DNA from: a virus
Virus record (IMG/VR): IMGVR_UViG_3300032236_001503
Span: 64,001-128,000 of that record
Strand: one strand, 5' to 3'
Length of the DNA: 64,000 nucleotides
The notes beneath the pieces are model-generated. The model had not been told where the DNA came from and did not search any database. It saw only the letters and a program-made list of their open reading frames with translations. Positions 9,678 to 19,441 of this stretch are shown here, piece by piece; position 1 is the first letter of the stretch; each line of letters starts with the position of its first letter. A program made the translations under genes and the position numbers.

Positions 9678-10988
9678 ATGGCACTTAAACTTAAAGAACA
9701 ACCAAAACCAGTTTCAAATGGAAACATTACCTTTGAATATTCCCCTTTATATGCAGGAATACCCAATCCACCTGCTGGATTGCCAGTTGGTATGCCCGTT
9801 TATTCCCATGTTTCGTTAAAACCGATTAATATTCCTGCTCCACCACCACTTGAAATGCCAGAAAGCTCACTTCCAAGAGCATTAAATTATTATGCTGATT
9901 ACGGTGGTTGTGGTTTTTGGAGAATGATATGGCCCGAATTCATGCTAAATCAATACCAGAAGGCTTGTATATCTGGATTGACTTGCATGGTTATGGATGT
10001 TCGCTTTTATCAAGGAATAAAGGCAATTAGAATGCAAAGACAGGCAACACCAATTCAAAGAGACTTTATTAAAGAGCTTAGAAAGGCAAGTAAGCAATTT
10101 GATTTTAGATTAATCTATGAAGTTGATGATATCGTATTCAAAGATGATATCCCAGATTACAATCGCTGCAAAGATGCATTCTGTGATCAATCAATTATCG
10201 ATAGTATTTTAGAAATTATGGGTATGATGGATGAAATTACCGTTACATGTCCATTCATGAAGGAATATTATCAAAATAAAACCGGAAATAAGAATATTAC
10301 CGTTATTCCAAACTATGCACCGAAGTTTTGGCTTGATAGATTCTACGATAAACAAAAAATTGAAAGATTATACGATGAAAACAAGAAAAGACCTCGTATT
10401 CTTTATTCTGGATCAGGTACACATATTGACGTTCTCAACAGAACGGGTCTTAAAGACGATTTCCATCACGTTGTTGATGCAATTATTAAAGCTCGTAAGA
10501 AATTTAAGTTTGTTTGGAAGGGTTGTTTCCCATTAGCAGTAAAACCATACATTGATAATGGCGAAATGGAATTCCTTGATTGGTCTCCTCTTCCAAATTA
10601 CCCACAAGGTCTTGTTGACGCTAATTGTAATGCTGTTTTTGCGCCATTAGTTGATAATATATTCAACAAGTCAAAGAGTAACATCAAAATGATTGAAGCT
10701 GGTGGTCTTGGACTACCGGGTGCGTATCAGGATATGTGTACATATGCTGAAGCAGAGCAAAAATTCAAGAATGGTGATGATTTAATCAATCAATTAGAAT
10801 ATATCACCTCTGATTTTGATCGTTATATGGATCTTTCGGGTAAAGCTAGAGAGTTTACGGAAGGATTATGGCTTGAAGATCATATGGATGAGTACGAAGC
10901 ACTCTATTTCACTGATTTTGGTTCAAAAGAGAGAAAAGAAAAGGCTCCAAGACTCATAGAACTCAATCCCGACCAAGATATTTCTTGA
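9678..10988 (+). CDS. GT-B fold glycosyltransferase with Pro-rich N-terminus
   Basis: GGCGFWRM.WP, LIYEVDD, ITVT, VIPN, YSGSGTH, FN.SKSNIKMIEAG; first ATG is at 9678. Confidence 0.7.
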   Translation: MALKLKEQPKPVSNGNITFEYSPLYAGIPNPPAGLPVGMPVYSHVSLKPINIPAPPPLEMPESSLPRALNYYADYGGCGFWRMIWPEFMLNQYQKACISGLTCMVMDVRFYQGIKAIRMQRQATPIQRDFIKELRKASKQFDFRLIYEVDDIVFKDDIPDYNRCKDAFCDQSIIDSILEIMGMMDEITVTCPFMKEYYQNKTGNKNITVIPNYAPKFWLDRFYDKQKIERLYDENKKRPRILYSGSGTHIDVLNRTGLKDDFHHVVDAIIKARKKFKFVWKGCFPLAVKPYIDNGEMEFLDWSPLPNYPQGLVDANCNAVFAPLVDNIFNKSKSNIKMIEAGGLGLPGAYQDMCTYAEAEQKFKNGDDLINQLEYITSDFDRYMDLSGKAREFTEGLWLEDHMDEYEALYFTDFGSKERKEKAPRLIELNPDQDIS

Positions 10989-11013
10989 TTTATGCAACCA
11001 TATGGTGCATAAT
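10985..11013 (+). promoter_or_regulatory. Sigma70-like promoter for DNA polymerase
   Basis: TTGATT-N17-CATAAT, 6 nt before ATG. Confidence 0.6.
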
Positions 11014-11019
11014 TGAGTA

Positions 11020-13647
11020 ATGGCTTATAGAAATGTCTATTATGACAACAATAATGAGGTAATTCACCTCTTTACTTGGGATAAAGACGGCAATAGGACG
11101 AAAGTTCTATGCTCATATGAGCCATATCTATATCTAGAATCGCAAAATGGTTGCGATGGCAAGTCAATTTTTAATTCTACCCTTAAAAAGGTTAAATTTA
11201 ATAACCAAAGAGCTAGAAATAAGTTCGTACAAGAGACTCCGATTACGAGATTGTTCTATAATCTTGGAACTGATCAACAATTTCTTCTTGATAACTTTAA
11301 AAATGACGTAGATAAAGAAGATTATGGTAAACAACCATTAAAAATCTTCTATATTGATATTGAGACTTATTCTGATGGCACAGGCTTCTCAAAGGCATCG
11401 GATGCCGATGATCCAATTAACCTTATTACGATTTACGACTCATTAAGTGAAATGTTTTATACTTTTGGCTGTAAAACATACGCAACTTTAGAAAAAAACG
11501 TAAGATATATCAAATGTACATCAGAAAGAGATCTTCTTACTCAATTTATTAAGTTTTGGAAGAAAGATTACCCTGATATTGTTACCGGATGGAACATCGA
11601 TGGCTATGATATTCCCTATATCATCAATAGAATTTCAAAAATATGGGATAATGAAGATAAACCAAAGGAATTATCACCTGTTGGTAGAATTCAGTTTAGA
11701 GAAAACGTAGCAGTTAATAAATTAGGTCAACAAATTGATCGTTGGTATATTCACGGCATCAGTATTTTGGATTATATGGAAGTTTATAAGACTTTCGCAC
11801 AAGGAAATCGTGAAAATTATAGTTTAAACTATATTGGTGAATATGAATTAGGCGAAGGAAAGGTTGCAGTTGGTAGTTATTCCCTTTCTCGTCTGGCTGA
11901 TGAGGATTGGATGAAGTTTGTTGACTACAACATTCAGGACGTTCGCATATTGGTTAAGCTTGAGGAGACTTTGAAGTATTTAAAGCTAATTCGCAACCTT
12001 TCTTATAGGGGGTTTGTTCCATTCACAAAGGCACTGGCAAAGGTTTCGGTCATTACTGGTGCAGTTGCGCACCAAGCATTAAAGGATGGATATATAATCC
12101 CAACATTTACTGATGAAAGAGAGAAGAAAAAGTTTGCTGGTGGTTATGTTTATGAGCCTAAACCGGGTCTTTACGAAGATCTAGTCACATATGACGCAAA
12201 TAGTCTATATCCCAATACAATTATCACATTAAATATTTCACCAGAGACCAAAATCGGTAAAATATTGTCATTTGAAGACAATAAATTTCAAGTTTTACTC
12301 ACAAATCAAAAAACAGTTTCCTTTACAAAGGAAAACTTTAAAAAGTTTATTGATGAACAACAGCTTTCTATCACGAAGGCAAACATTCTTTACTCGCAGA
12401 AAGCAAAAGGAGTTGTTCCAAAGTTAATTGATAAACTTTACAAAGAAAGAATTGCAGCAAAGACAAAAATGTTAGAGGCAGAAAAGAAATTAGTTAAAAC
12501 TACCGATGAGAATCAGAAAAAGGTATTGGAAGAAGAGGTGGTAGATAACTACACACTTCAGAACGTGTATAAAACTTTGCTCAACTCCATTTATGGTGTC
12601 TTTTCCAACATCTACTCGCCACTTTTTGATATTGAACATGCCGAAAGCGTCACACTAACTGGTCAAGCAGTTGTAAAAACTGGTGCAAAGATCGTTCACG
12701 AATATGCAGTTGGTAAGGGATTTGATGGAAACCTGCATGATATATGCGTTTACTCTGATACCGATAGCGTATACTTCAGTTTTAGTAAATTATTTGCTAA
12801 GAATGGTATCACTTTGTCCAATAAAGATGGTGAAATTACTCCAGAAGCTAATCAATTGATTAAAGATATCGGTGCGGATCTCAATACTAAAATTAATGAA
12901 TGGGCAAAGGCTGAATTAAAAACTATTGACCCAAGATATTTCTTTAAAAGAGAGAAAATTTGTGATGTTGCCTTGCTTCAGGCTAAGAAATATTACATTC
13001 TTCACATCTTGGATAGCGAAGGTGTTCCAACCAATGAATTCTTATATAAGGGAATTGAAATTGCTACATCGAAAATATCAAAGGAGATTAAACAAATGTT
13101 AAAAAATGTTGTTGAGTCTGCAATTCTCTCAAAGGATAGAAATAAAGCTGGTCAATTATTTCAAGATAGTTACGAAGAGTTTTGTAAACTCCCCGTTGAC
13201 GCAATTGCAACAAGAAAAAAGGTAAACAATTATAAAAAATATGAAGGAATGATTCAGGAAAGCGGTGAAGTTGGTAAAGGAACACCGGGTCATACCAAAG
13301 CAGCTATTCATTTTAATACACTTCTTGAGAAATTAAATTTAACTAACAAGTATCATACAATTCAAACTGGAACAACTATCAAAGTTTTTTATTGTAAGAA
13401 AAACAAATATAATTATGATGTTCTTGCGTTCGGTGATGAATTTCCTCAAGAGATCCAAGAATATATCAAACCAGATTATAAGATGATGTTTGAAAAGAAT
13501 GTTATGCCAGTTGTAACAAGAATTTTTGAAATCATTGGGTGGCCCACACCAGCAATCGGTTGCCAAGAACATACTGATCTTATTGATTTATTCTCCCAAG
13601 ACATAAATGATTTTTTATATGAAGACGAAACTAATATCGATAACTAA
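11020..13647 (+). CDS. gp43: Family B DNA polymerase (T4 gp43-like)
   Basis: ExoI DIET, YNIQD, YDANSLYP, KTLLNSIYG, YSDTDS, KKYY; uninterrupted ORF. Confidence 0.97.
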   Translation: MAYRNVYYDNNNEVIHLFTWDKDGNRTKVLCSYEPYLYLESQNGCDGKSIFNSTLKKVKFNNQRARNKFVQETPITRLFYNLGTDQQFLLDNFKNDVDKEDYGKQPLKIFYIDIETYSDGTGFSKASDADDPINLITIYDSLSEMFYTFGCKTYATLEKNVRYIKCTSERDLLTQFIKFWKKDYPDIVTGWNIDGYDIPYIINRISKIWDNEDKPKELSPVGRIQFRENVAVNKLGQQIDRWYIHGISILDYMEVYKTFAQGNRENYSLNYIGEYELGEGKVAVGSYSLSRLADEDWMKFVDYNIQDVRILVKLEETLKYLKLIRNLSYRGFVPFTKALAKVSVITGAVAHQALKDGYIIPTFTDEREKKKFAGGYVYEPKPGLYEDLVTYDANSLYPNTIITLNISPETKIGKILSFEDNKFQVLLTNQKTVSFTKENFKKFIDEQQLSITKANILYSQKAKGVVPKLIDKLYKERIAAKTKMLEAEKKLVKTTDENQKKVLEEEVVDNYTLQNVYKTLLNSIYGVFSNIYSPLFDIEHAESVTLTGQAVVKTGAKIVHEYAVGKGFDGNLHDICVYSDTDSVYFSFSKLFAKNGITLSNKDGEITPEANQLIKDIGADLNTKINEWAKAELKTIDPRYFFKREKICDVALLQAKKYYILHILDSEGVPTNEFLYKGIEIATSKISKEIKQMLKNVVESAILSKDRNKAGQLFQDSYEEFCKLPVDAIATRKKVNNYKKYEGMIQESGEVGKGTPGHTKAAIHFNTLLEKLNLTNKYHTIQTGTTIKVFYCKKNKYNYDVLAFGDEFPQEIQEYIKPDYKMMFEKNVMPVVTRIFEIIGWPTPAIGCQEHTDLIDLFSQDINDFLYEDETNIDN

Positions 13648-14260
13648 ACCAGAAGTTGAAGGATTAACAACCGCAGAAGAATTAATTTCTTATTGTGCAA
13701 GAGTTTCAAATCCATCTAATCAGATGAATACTGAAACAGCACCAAGACTTCTTGCTTATTTAATTAAGCATAAGCACTGGAGTCCTTTTGAAATGGCAAG
13801 TATGACCGTAGAAATCAAAACTTCTCGTGCAATTGCTGCACAAATCCTTCGTCATCGTAGTTTTTCTTTTCAAGAATTTTCTCAAAGATATGCATCAGTT
13901 ATCGGTACTGAAAGAATTGAATGGAGAAAACAAGGTAAGACTAATAGACAAGTTGGTGATGAAGTTATAAAACTTCCGATTAAATTAGAAGATGATTTTC
14001 AATGGATTCAAGATAAATGTGAAGATCTTTATCATGATTTAATTAAAGAAGGAATTGCAAAAGAATGCGCTAGGATGGTTCTCCCTCTCAATACTTCAAC
14101 TACAATCTATATGAGTGGAACTATTCGTAGTTGGATTCACTACATTGATATTAGAGCAAAGGAAGACACTCAAAAAGAGCATCGTGAGATTGCATTAGAG
14201 ATTAAAGAAATATTCAAAAATAATTTTCCTAATACAGCAGAAGCATTAGATTGGAAATAA
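13619..14260 (+). CDS. thyX: Flavin-dependent thymidylate synthase
   Basis: HWSPFE, RHRSFSFQEFSQRY ThyX motif, ARMVLP, TQKEHR. Confidence 0.95.
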   Translation: MKTKLISITKPEVEGLTTAEELISYCARVSNPSNQMNTETAPRLLAYLIKHKHWSPFEMASMTVEIKTSRAIAAQILRHRSFSFQEFSQRYASVIGTERIEWRKQGKTNRQVGDEVIKLPIKLEDDFQWIQDKCEDLYHDLIKEGIAKECARMVLPLNTSTTIYMSGTIRSWIHYIDIRAKEDTQKEHREIALEIKEIFKNNFPNTAEALDWK

Positions 14261-14274
14261 TTTTATTTTGTCTA

Positions 14275-14302
14275 TTGATTTTGTTATAAAGTGTGTTAAA
14301 TT
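14275..14302 (+). promoter_or_regulatory. Sigma70-like promoter
   Basis: TTGATT-N16-TAAATT with TGn extension, 6 nt before ATG. Confidence 0.5.
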
Positions 14303-14308
14303 TATTAT

Positions 14309-14701
14309 ATGTCAAATACAACAACGCCAACATTAACCGTAATATTAGATTCAGTCGGACGCACTATTCTCGGTGAGTCAGCTACATCAACTGATGCAGC
14401 TAAGATTGCTATCAAAAACCCAGTGGTTCTTCATGTTATCCCTGCTGATAATCAGGGTAAGATGTCAGTTCAGCTTCTTCCAATTTTCTTCAGAGAATTT
14501 CTCGGAGATAAGACCGGAGACGTTACCGTAACTTACGATACCGCTCGTGTTAGTACAACCGACATAGATGCTCTTGATTTCAGACTTCAGGCTCAATATG
14601 CTCAGATGTTTAACAAGGGTAATAGTTTTGTAACACCAGCATCACAGCCAACTAATGGCGGTGGTTCGAATCAGAGTGTAATTAATTTATTTGACGAGTA
14701 A
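14309..14701 (+). CDS. Hypothetical protein (small, beta-rich)
   Basis: Clean 130-aa ORF with its own promoter and a downstream hairpin. Confidence 0.7.
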   Translation: MSNTTTPTLTVILDSVGRTILGESATSTDAAKIAIKNPVVLHVIPADNQGKMSVQLLPIFFREFLGDKTGDVTVTYDTARVSTTDIDALDFRLQAQYAQMFNKGNSFVTPASQPTNGGGSNQSVINLFDE

Positions 14702-14724
14702 ACTGCGATAAAAAATAACTCGCT

Positions 14725-14762
14725 AAAAATCCCAGATTGTCTTTGACTTTCTGGGATTTTTT
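14725..14762 (+). terminator. Rho-independent terminator overlapping the uvsX promoter
   Basis: AAAAATCCCAGA-N13-TCTGGGATTTTTT inverted repeat ending in a T run. Confidence 0.7.
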
Positions 14763-14770
14763 GTTATTAT
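14743..14770 (+). promoter_or_regulatory. Sigma70-like promoter for uvsX
   Basis: TTGACT-N16-TATTAT with TGn extension, 7 nt before ATG. Confidence 0.6.
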
Positions 14771-14777
14771 ATATTAT

Positions 14778-15878
14778 ATGGCTAAAAAGAAAAACGACGA
14801 AGTAGAACAAATTAAAAATGGAAATATTGAAGATGCTTTTCAAGTGCTATCGGATCTTAATCCAGAGGCAGCATTCCTTGATGATGGTAGTCTTTCGAGT
14901 GTGAATGAATGGATTGATACTGGATCTCTTGCACTTAATGCAATTATATCTGGTTCACTTTATGGTGGAGTCCCAATGGGAAGACTTACTGGATTTGTTG
15001 GTCCTGAATCTTGCGGTAAAACTTTGATGGTAAACAAAATCATGGCAAATGCTCAAAAGAAAGGTATGCATATCGCATATTTTGATACGGAAGGTGCATT
15101 AGATGAGAACACAGCAAAGAGACTTGGTTGCGATACTTCAAAAATTAAACATATCCCAAGTGAAGTTACTGAAAATTGTAGAAATCAAATTGTAAAGTTT
15201 CTTGATACCGTTGTTGAAAAGGGTCTTCAAGGAAAAGTTCTTCTTGCTATTGATTCTCTTGGTAACTTAATTACTGCACAGGAAAAAAAGAAGATTGAAG
15301 AAGGATCAGATACTCCAGATATGGGAAATAGAGCAAAGGCTCTTAAATCTATGATGAGAGCTATCACTCACTCCGCTGCAAAAGCTAATTGCCCTGTCAT
15401 TTTTACTAATCATATTTATGATGATCCATCTCAGCTTCATCCATCAGCAATCAAGAAGCAAGCAGGTGGTTCTGGACCCCTCTATATGGCTTCTGTAATT
15501 GTTCAAATGGCTAAAAAGGCAGAAAGAGCAGAGGATAGTAAGAACAAAGATTCAAATACCGAAACAACTCTTTTGTCAAAGGGTATTAATGGCTTAACAC
15601 TGAGAGCATTAACGACAAAAAATCGTTTTGTTACACCATTTCTTGAGATTGAGATGTATCTCAATTTTAGAACAGGTCTTAATAAATATTCTGGTCTTGT
15701 TGAAATGGCAGAAGGTTATGGTGTCATTGAGAAAAATGGTCATCGTTACGTTTTTAATGGAGAAAATCTCGGATTCTTTAAAGAATGGAAAGATAATGAA
15801 GAAGTATGGGCTAAGATCCTTCCTGTTCTTGAAGAGAAGCTACAAGTAGGTCTTGCATTCAAGAATGAATGCGCATAA
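14778..15878 (+). CDS. uvsX: RecA-like recombinase
   Basis: DTGS..LN..ISG, GPESCGKT Walker A, FDTEGA, IDSLGNL, GGSG..Y. Confidence 0.93.
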   Translation: MAKKKNDEVEQIKNGNIEDAFQVLSDLNPEAAFLDDGSLSSVNEWIDTGSLALNAIISGSLYGGVPMGRLTGFVGPESCGKTLMVNKIMANAQKKGMHIAYFDTEGALDENTAKRLGCDTSKIKHIPSEVTENCRNQIVKFLDTVVEKGLQGKVLLAIDSLGNLITAQEKKKIEEGSDTPDMGNRAKALKSMMRAITHSAAKANCPVIFTNHIYDDPSQLHPSAIKKQAGGSGPLYMASVIVQMAKKAERAEDSKNKDSNTETTLLSKGINGLTLRALTTKNRFVTPFLEIEMYLNFRTGLNKYSGLVEMAEGYGVIEKNGHRYVFNGENLGFFKEWKDNEEVWAKILPVLEEKLQVGLAFKNECA

Positions 15879-15881
15879 ATA
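15876..15881 (+). promoter_or_regulatory. Late-type TAAATA promoter
   Basis: CATAAATA, 7 nt before ATG 15889. Confidence 0.5.
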
Positions 15882-15888
15882 AACATAT

Positions 15889-16140
15889 ATGACAACATTA
15901 TTTCAAATTTTAAGTGGCAAAGAAGAAGATCTTTTGTCTTATTTTAAAGAAAAATATAATTTGGTAGAAAGGGAAGTAAAAGAAATTGCTACCATGATAG
16001 AAAAATCGGAAAAAGCTAACGAAATATCCGATCCACATGCAGTACCAAATGCATTTCAAAATAAACCAGCAACCGATACTAATAAAGTTAGTAAAGGTAT
16101 TGGTAATCTTTTTGGTGGTACTAGTTGGGGTAAAAATTAA
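15889..16140 (+). CDS. Hypothetical protein (occupies the T4 gp40 position)
   Basis: 83-aa ORF between uvsX and the helicase gene, preceded by TAAATA. Confidence 0.6.
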   Translation: MTTLFQILSGKEEDLLSYFKEKYNLVEREVKEIATMIEKSEKANEISDPHAVPNAFQNKPATDTNKVSKGIGNLFGGTSWGKN

Positions 16141-16151
16141 TGATTTATAGG

Positions 16152-16180
16152 TTGCTTTTGTGTGAGAAGCAATCTATAAT
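16152..16180 (+). promoter_or_regulatory. Sigma70-like promoter for the helicase gene
   Basis: TTGCTT-N17-TATAAT, 6 nt before ATG. Confidence 0.65.
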
Positions 16181-16186
16181 ATTCTA

Positions 16187-17584
16187 ATGGTAAATAAACC
16201 AATCCCTTTAGATCATGACGAGTATGAAAAGATCGTTATGTATAATTCTTTGTTCGATGAGTCATATCTCGAAACGATCATTGAACATATAAATCCATCC
16301 TTTTTTAAGGATAAGGATACCAAAACCATTTTTAAAGTTGTAAACTCTTTTTACCAAGAGTTTAAAAAAACTCCAAACGTAACGGAGATTAAAGCCCACC
16401 TACCCTCAGAGGAGGAAAAACAAGCTCTTAAGAGAGTCATATTATCCTTTAACAATATTGATAAGGAATACGATAAAGAAGTATTGCTTAAAAATACAGA
16501 AAGATGGTTGAGGGAAAAGGCAATCTTAAATACATATTTTAATACATCGGTTGAAGTTCAAACTGGTGATATTGATAGCACAACTCTCCTTAAGAAGTTT
16601 GAAGAGGCATGTAATCTTTCATTGGTTGATAATCTTGGATTGGATTACTTGGAGAGTATCGATGAACACGTTGATGAACTTTTAAAAACCGAAGAAAAAA
16701 TTTCTACTGGATGGAAATGGCTTGATAAAAATCTTGGTGGTGGCTTTCTTAAAGATGGTAGAGCATTGTATGTATTTTATGGTTCAACCAATGTTGGTAA
16801 ATCTATCTTCTTGGGTAACATGGCAACCAATATTCTTAGTCAAAATAAAACAGTTGTTTTGATATCTTTGGAAATGCCAGAGCATGTTTATGCGAAGAGA
16901 ATTAGTGCATGCTTATCAAAGATCCCATCAAATGATCTGAAACTACAAATCGATCCACTTAAAACAAAACTTAATCAATATAAGGTTAAAAACAGTGAAA
17001 GTAAGCTTATTATTAAAGAATTCCCAACAAAGGGTGTAACGGTTTTGGGTATTAAGACGTATATCGAAAAGCTTGTCAGAAAGGGTGTAAAACCAGACGT
17101 AATCATTCTTGATTATTTGAATCTGATTGCACCACCACATGCCAATAAGAATTCTTATGAGTCAATTAAAGAAATTACGGAATATGTTAGAGCATTGACT
17201 TATAAGTTTGAATGCCCAATTATAACAGCAACCCAAACAAATCGTTCTGGATATAAGAACGAGATGCCAGATTTGGAAACCACTAGTGAATCAATGGGTC
17301 TTGCTCATACGGCTGATGCACAGTTCCCAATTTGGGTTGATGATCAGGATTTTGAACTTGGTATTATCCACTTGGGTATTGCTAAAAATCGTTTTGGTAG
17401 TAGAGGTATTCATACTCAATTAAAAATTGATTACCCGACTCTATCAATTACTGAAATGGATGATATTGTATTTACAAATACACCAAAGGGTAAAATTCCA
17501 ACCAATTTGGTTGATGATTCTAATCCTAATATATCAGATATTCTTAATAGTGTAGAAAAATATGCAAATGATGATGAAAATTAA
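16187..17584 (+). CDS. gp41: Replicative DnaB-like helicase (T4 gp41-like)
   Basis: TNVGKS Walker A, ISLEM, IKEFPT, ILDYLNL, TATQTNR, SES.GL, KNRFG. Confidence 0.95.
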   Translation: MVNKPIPLDHDEYEKIVMYNSLFDESYLETIIEHINPSFFKDKDTKTIFKVVNSFYQEFKKTPNVTEIKAHLPSEEEKQALKRVILSFNNIDKEYDKEVLLKNTERWLREKAILNTYFNTSVEVQTGDIDSTTLLKKFEEACNLSLVDNLGLDYLESIDEHVDELLKTEEKISTGWKWLDKNLGGGFLKDGRALYVFYGSTNVGKSIFLGNMATNILSQNKTVVLISLEMPEHVYAKRISACLSKIPSNDLKLQIDPLKTKLNQYKVKNSESKLIIKEFPTKGVTVLGIKTYIEKLVRKGVKPDVIILDYLNLIAPPHANKNSYESIKEITEYVRALTYKFECPIITATQTNRSGYKNEMPDLETTSESMGLAHTADAQFPIWVDDQDFELGIIHLGIAKNRFGSRGIHTQLKIDYPTLSITEMDDIVFTNTPKGKIPTNLVDDSNPNISDILNSVEKYANDDEN

Positions 17585-17607
17585 TAGGTTAGTAGTAAAT
17601 AACCTTA

Positions 17608-17922
17608 ATGATTATTACGTCATCACAGCAATTTGATAACTTAAGCAACCCATATGATGCATTAAATGTTGAAGAATTTGAAGATATTACTTTAAAATTC
17701 GGATCTTTTGTTTGTATTGCCAAAGGTAAAAAAATGAATTATCTCAATTTTTTAAAATTTTTGGTAGACGATAAAAGAACTCAAAAAATTTATTTTGCAT
17801 TACTTGGAGAATATTCTTTACAAAATATTATAAAGACGTATCTTGGATCTACACCAAATGTCTATAAAAAGATATTTAGATCCAAATTAAATCGTAAGAA
17901 AAATGCTAAACCTGTCAGATAA
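17608..17922 (+). CDS. Hypothetical protein (occupies the T4 gp33 position)
   Basis: 104-aa ORF; TAAATA at 17596-17601, 6 nt before ATG. Confidence 0.6.
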   Translation: MIITSSQQFDNLSNPYDALNVEEFEDITLKFGSFVCIAKGKKMNYLNFLKFLVDDKRTQKIYFALLGEYSLQNIIKTYLGSTPNVYKKIFRSKLNRKKNAKPVR

Positions 17923-18571
17923 AGAAAAATCCATATATAACTGCTATTTGAAATTTTCTAGGAAAGGTCAACCCTTTAACCCTAGAAAAGATTTTACTGA
18001 TTTGGATGATAACACCATCGTCTCTCTTAAAAAGATTGCTATTTTCCTTTCTCGCTATCCACATATAAGAATGGAAGATTATTTTAATGCGCCAACCGAA
18101 TTACATCCCGATGAAAAATATCCAAGTCTTGCCTTTTTTACAACACTAGCAGCTACAAAAAATTATACACTTTTTAAAAAGAAACAAGAGGATGAAGACC
18201 CTGAAAAACAAATTGACCTTATTAAGGAAAGTTTTAGATTTATTGGCATGTTCTGCCTTGAAAACAATATTCCATTGGAAAAATATCTGACCCATAAAAC
18301 GGGATATATGCTTTCGTGGTTAAATCATTATAGGGAGCATCGTATCAATCCGTATAGCCTTATGGAAATTAATGGACTTTATGAAAGTCTTTCAACCCTT
18401 CCCAAAGATGAAGTAGAACTTTTTGCAAAAAACCTTAATGAAAATTTCGTTGCTTATAAAAATAGATACAATTCATCACAAGAGACAAAAACACTTGTAA
18501 AAGAGGCAACAAATAAAATTAAGATTTTTATAAAAAACAACTTGCAATCTAGCAAAAAACTGTTAGTATAA
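17903..18571 (+). CDS. Hypothetical protein, possible gp59-like helicase loader
   Basis: 222-aa helical, basic ORF directly upstream of gp32; function inferred from position and size only. Confidence 0.45.
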   Translation: MLNLSDKEKSIYNCYLKFSRKGQPFNPRKDFTDLDDNTIVSLKKIAIFLSRYPHIRMEDYFNAPTELHPDEKYPSLAFFTTLAATKNYTLFKKKQEDEDPEKQIDLIKESFRFIGMFCLENNIPLEKYLTHKTGYMLSWLNHYREHRINPYSLMEINGLYESLSTLPKDEVELFAKNLNENFVAYKNRYNSSQETKTLVKEATNKIKIFIKNNLQSSKKLLV

Positions 18572-18575
18572 GGAG
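18542..18575 (+). promoter_or_regulatory. Sigma70-like promoter plus Shine-Dalgarno for gp32
   Basis: TTGCAA-N16-TAGTAT, then AGGAG at 18571-18575, 6 nt before ATG. Confidence 0.6.
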
Positions 18576-18581
18576 AACAAT

Positions 18582-19439
18582 ATGACAACAAAATACAACT
18601 CAAACCTATTCGATTCACTCAAGGATGCCCTTTCCACTAAGGAAAGCAATTCCGAAAATAGCTTCAAGGATTTCTTGAAGTTTGAAACGGACAAGACTTA
18701 TATCATTCGTCTTTTTCCAAATCTTGAAAACACCAAGCTTACTCGTTTTCACTATTATCAACACGTTTTTAAGTCCATCGTAAACGGCAAGTATATCAGT
18801 GTTCTTTGTCCTCACACTTATGGTGAGAAATGCCCAATTGATGAGTATCGTAGCAAGGTTTATGCCGCCAAGAATGATACTCTCATCGAACAGTCTCGCC
18901 CTCTCAAGAGAACTGAAAAGTGGCTTTATAACGCTTATGTTATTAAAGATCCTACCAATCCTGACAACCAAGGTCAGGTTAAAATTGTCAATGCTGGAAC
19001 CCAGCTTAACAAGATCATCCAGAATGCAATTGATGGTGATGATGCAGAAGAGTTTGGTGCTCACAAAATCTTCAATCTCTCCCCTACTGGTTGCAATTTG
19101 AAGGTTAAGGTTGAGAAAAATGATGGTGGTTATCCAACTTATGTTAGTTCCAAGTTTACCTCACCTAGTGAGATTGAGGGTCTTGATGATATTGATGAAG
19201 TGTATGGACAGTTCAAGAGTCTTGATACGGTCTTTCAACCCAAGTCTTATGATGATATTAAGAAGCTTCTTGATGTTCATTTCTTTGGTAAGGATGAAAC
19301 TTCAGCTACCACAAGTCACATTGAAGACGAGGATGAGGACGATGATGATGTTGTAGTAACGCCTAAGTCCGTAACAGAATCTTCGGCAACTCTATCCGAT
19401 CACGATAAGAAGATGCAGGATATCCTTAAGGATCTCTAA
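18582..19439 (+). CDS. gp32: Single-stranded DNA-binding protein (T4 gp32-like)
   Basis: IIRLFP, H..C.....GEKCPI zinc site, YVIKDP.NP.N.G.VK, G.NLK.K, Y..SKF, acidic tail. Confidence 0.92.
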   Translation: MTTKYNSNLFDSLKDALSTKESNSENSFKDFLKFETDKTYIIRLFPNLENTKLTRFHYYQHVFKSIVNGKYISVLCPHTYGEKCPIDEYRSKVYAAKNDTLIEQSRPLKRTEKWLYNAYVIKDPTNPDNQGQVKIVNAGTQLNKIIQNAIDGDDAEEFGAHKIFNLSPTGCNLKVKVEKNDGGYPTYVSSKFTSPSEIEGLDDIDEVYGQFKSLDTVFQPKSYDDIKKLLDVHFFGKDETSATTSHIEDEDEDDDDVVVTPKSVTESSATLSDHDKKMQDILKDL

Positions 19440-19441
19440 TA

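Noticed and set aside
13619-14260. ThyX as a base-modifying enzyme, because it sits where T4 gp42 (dCMP hydroxymethylase) does
   Set aside because: The RHRxxSxxxxSxR motif is canonical and a dCMP deaminase is present, so ordinary dTMP synthesis explains it
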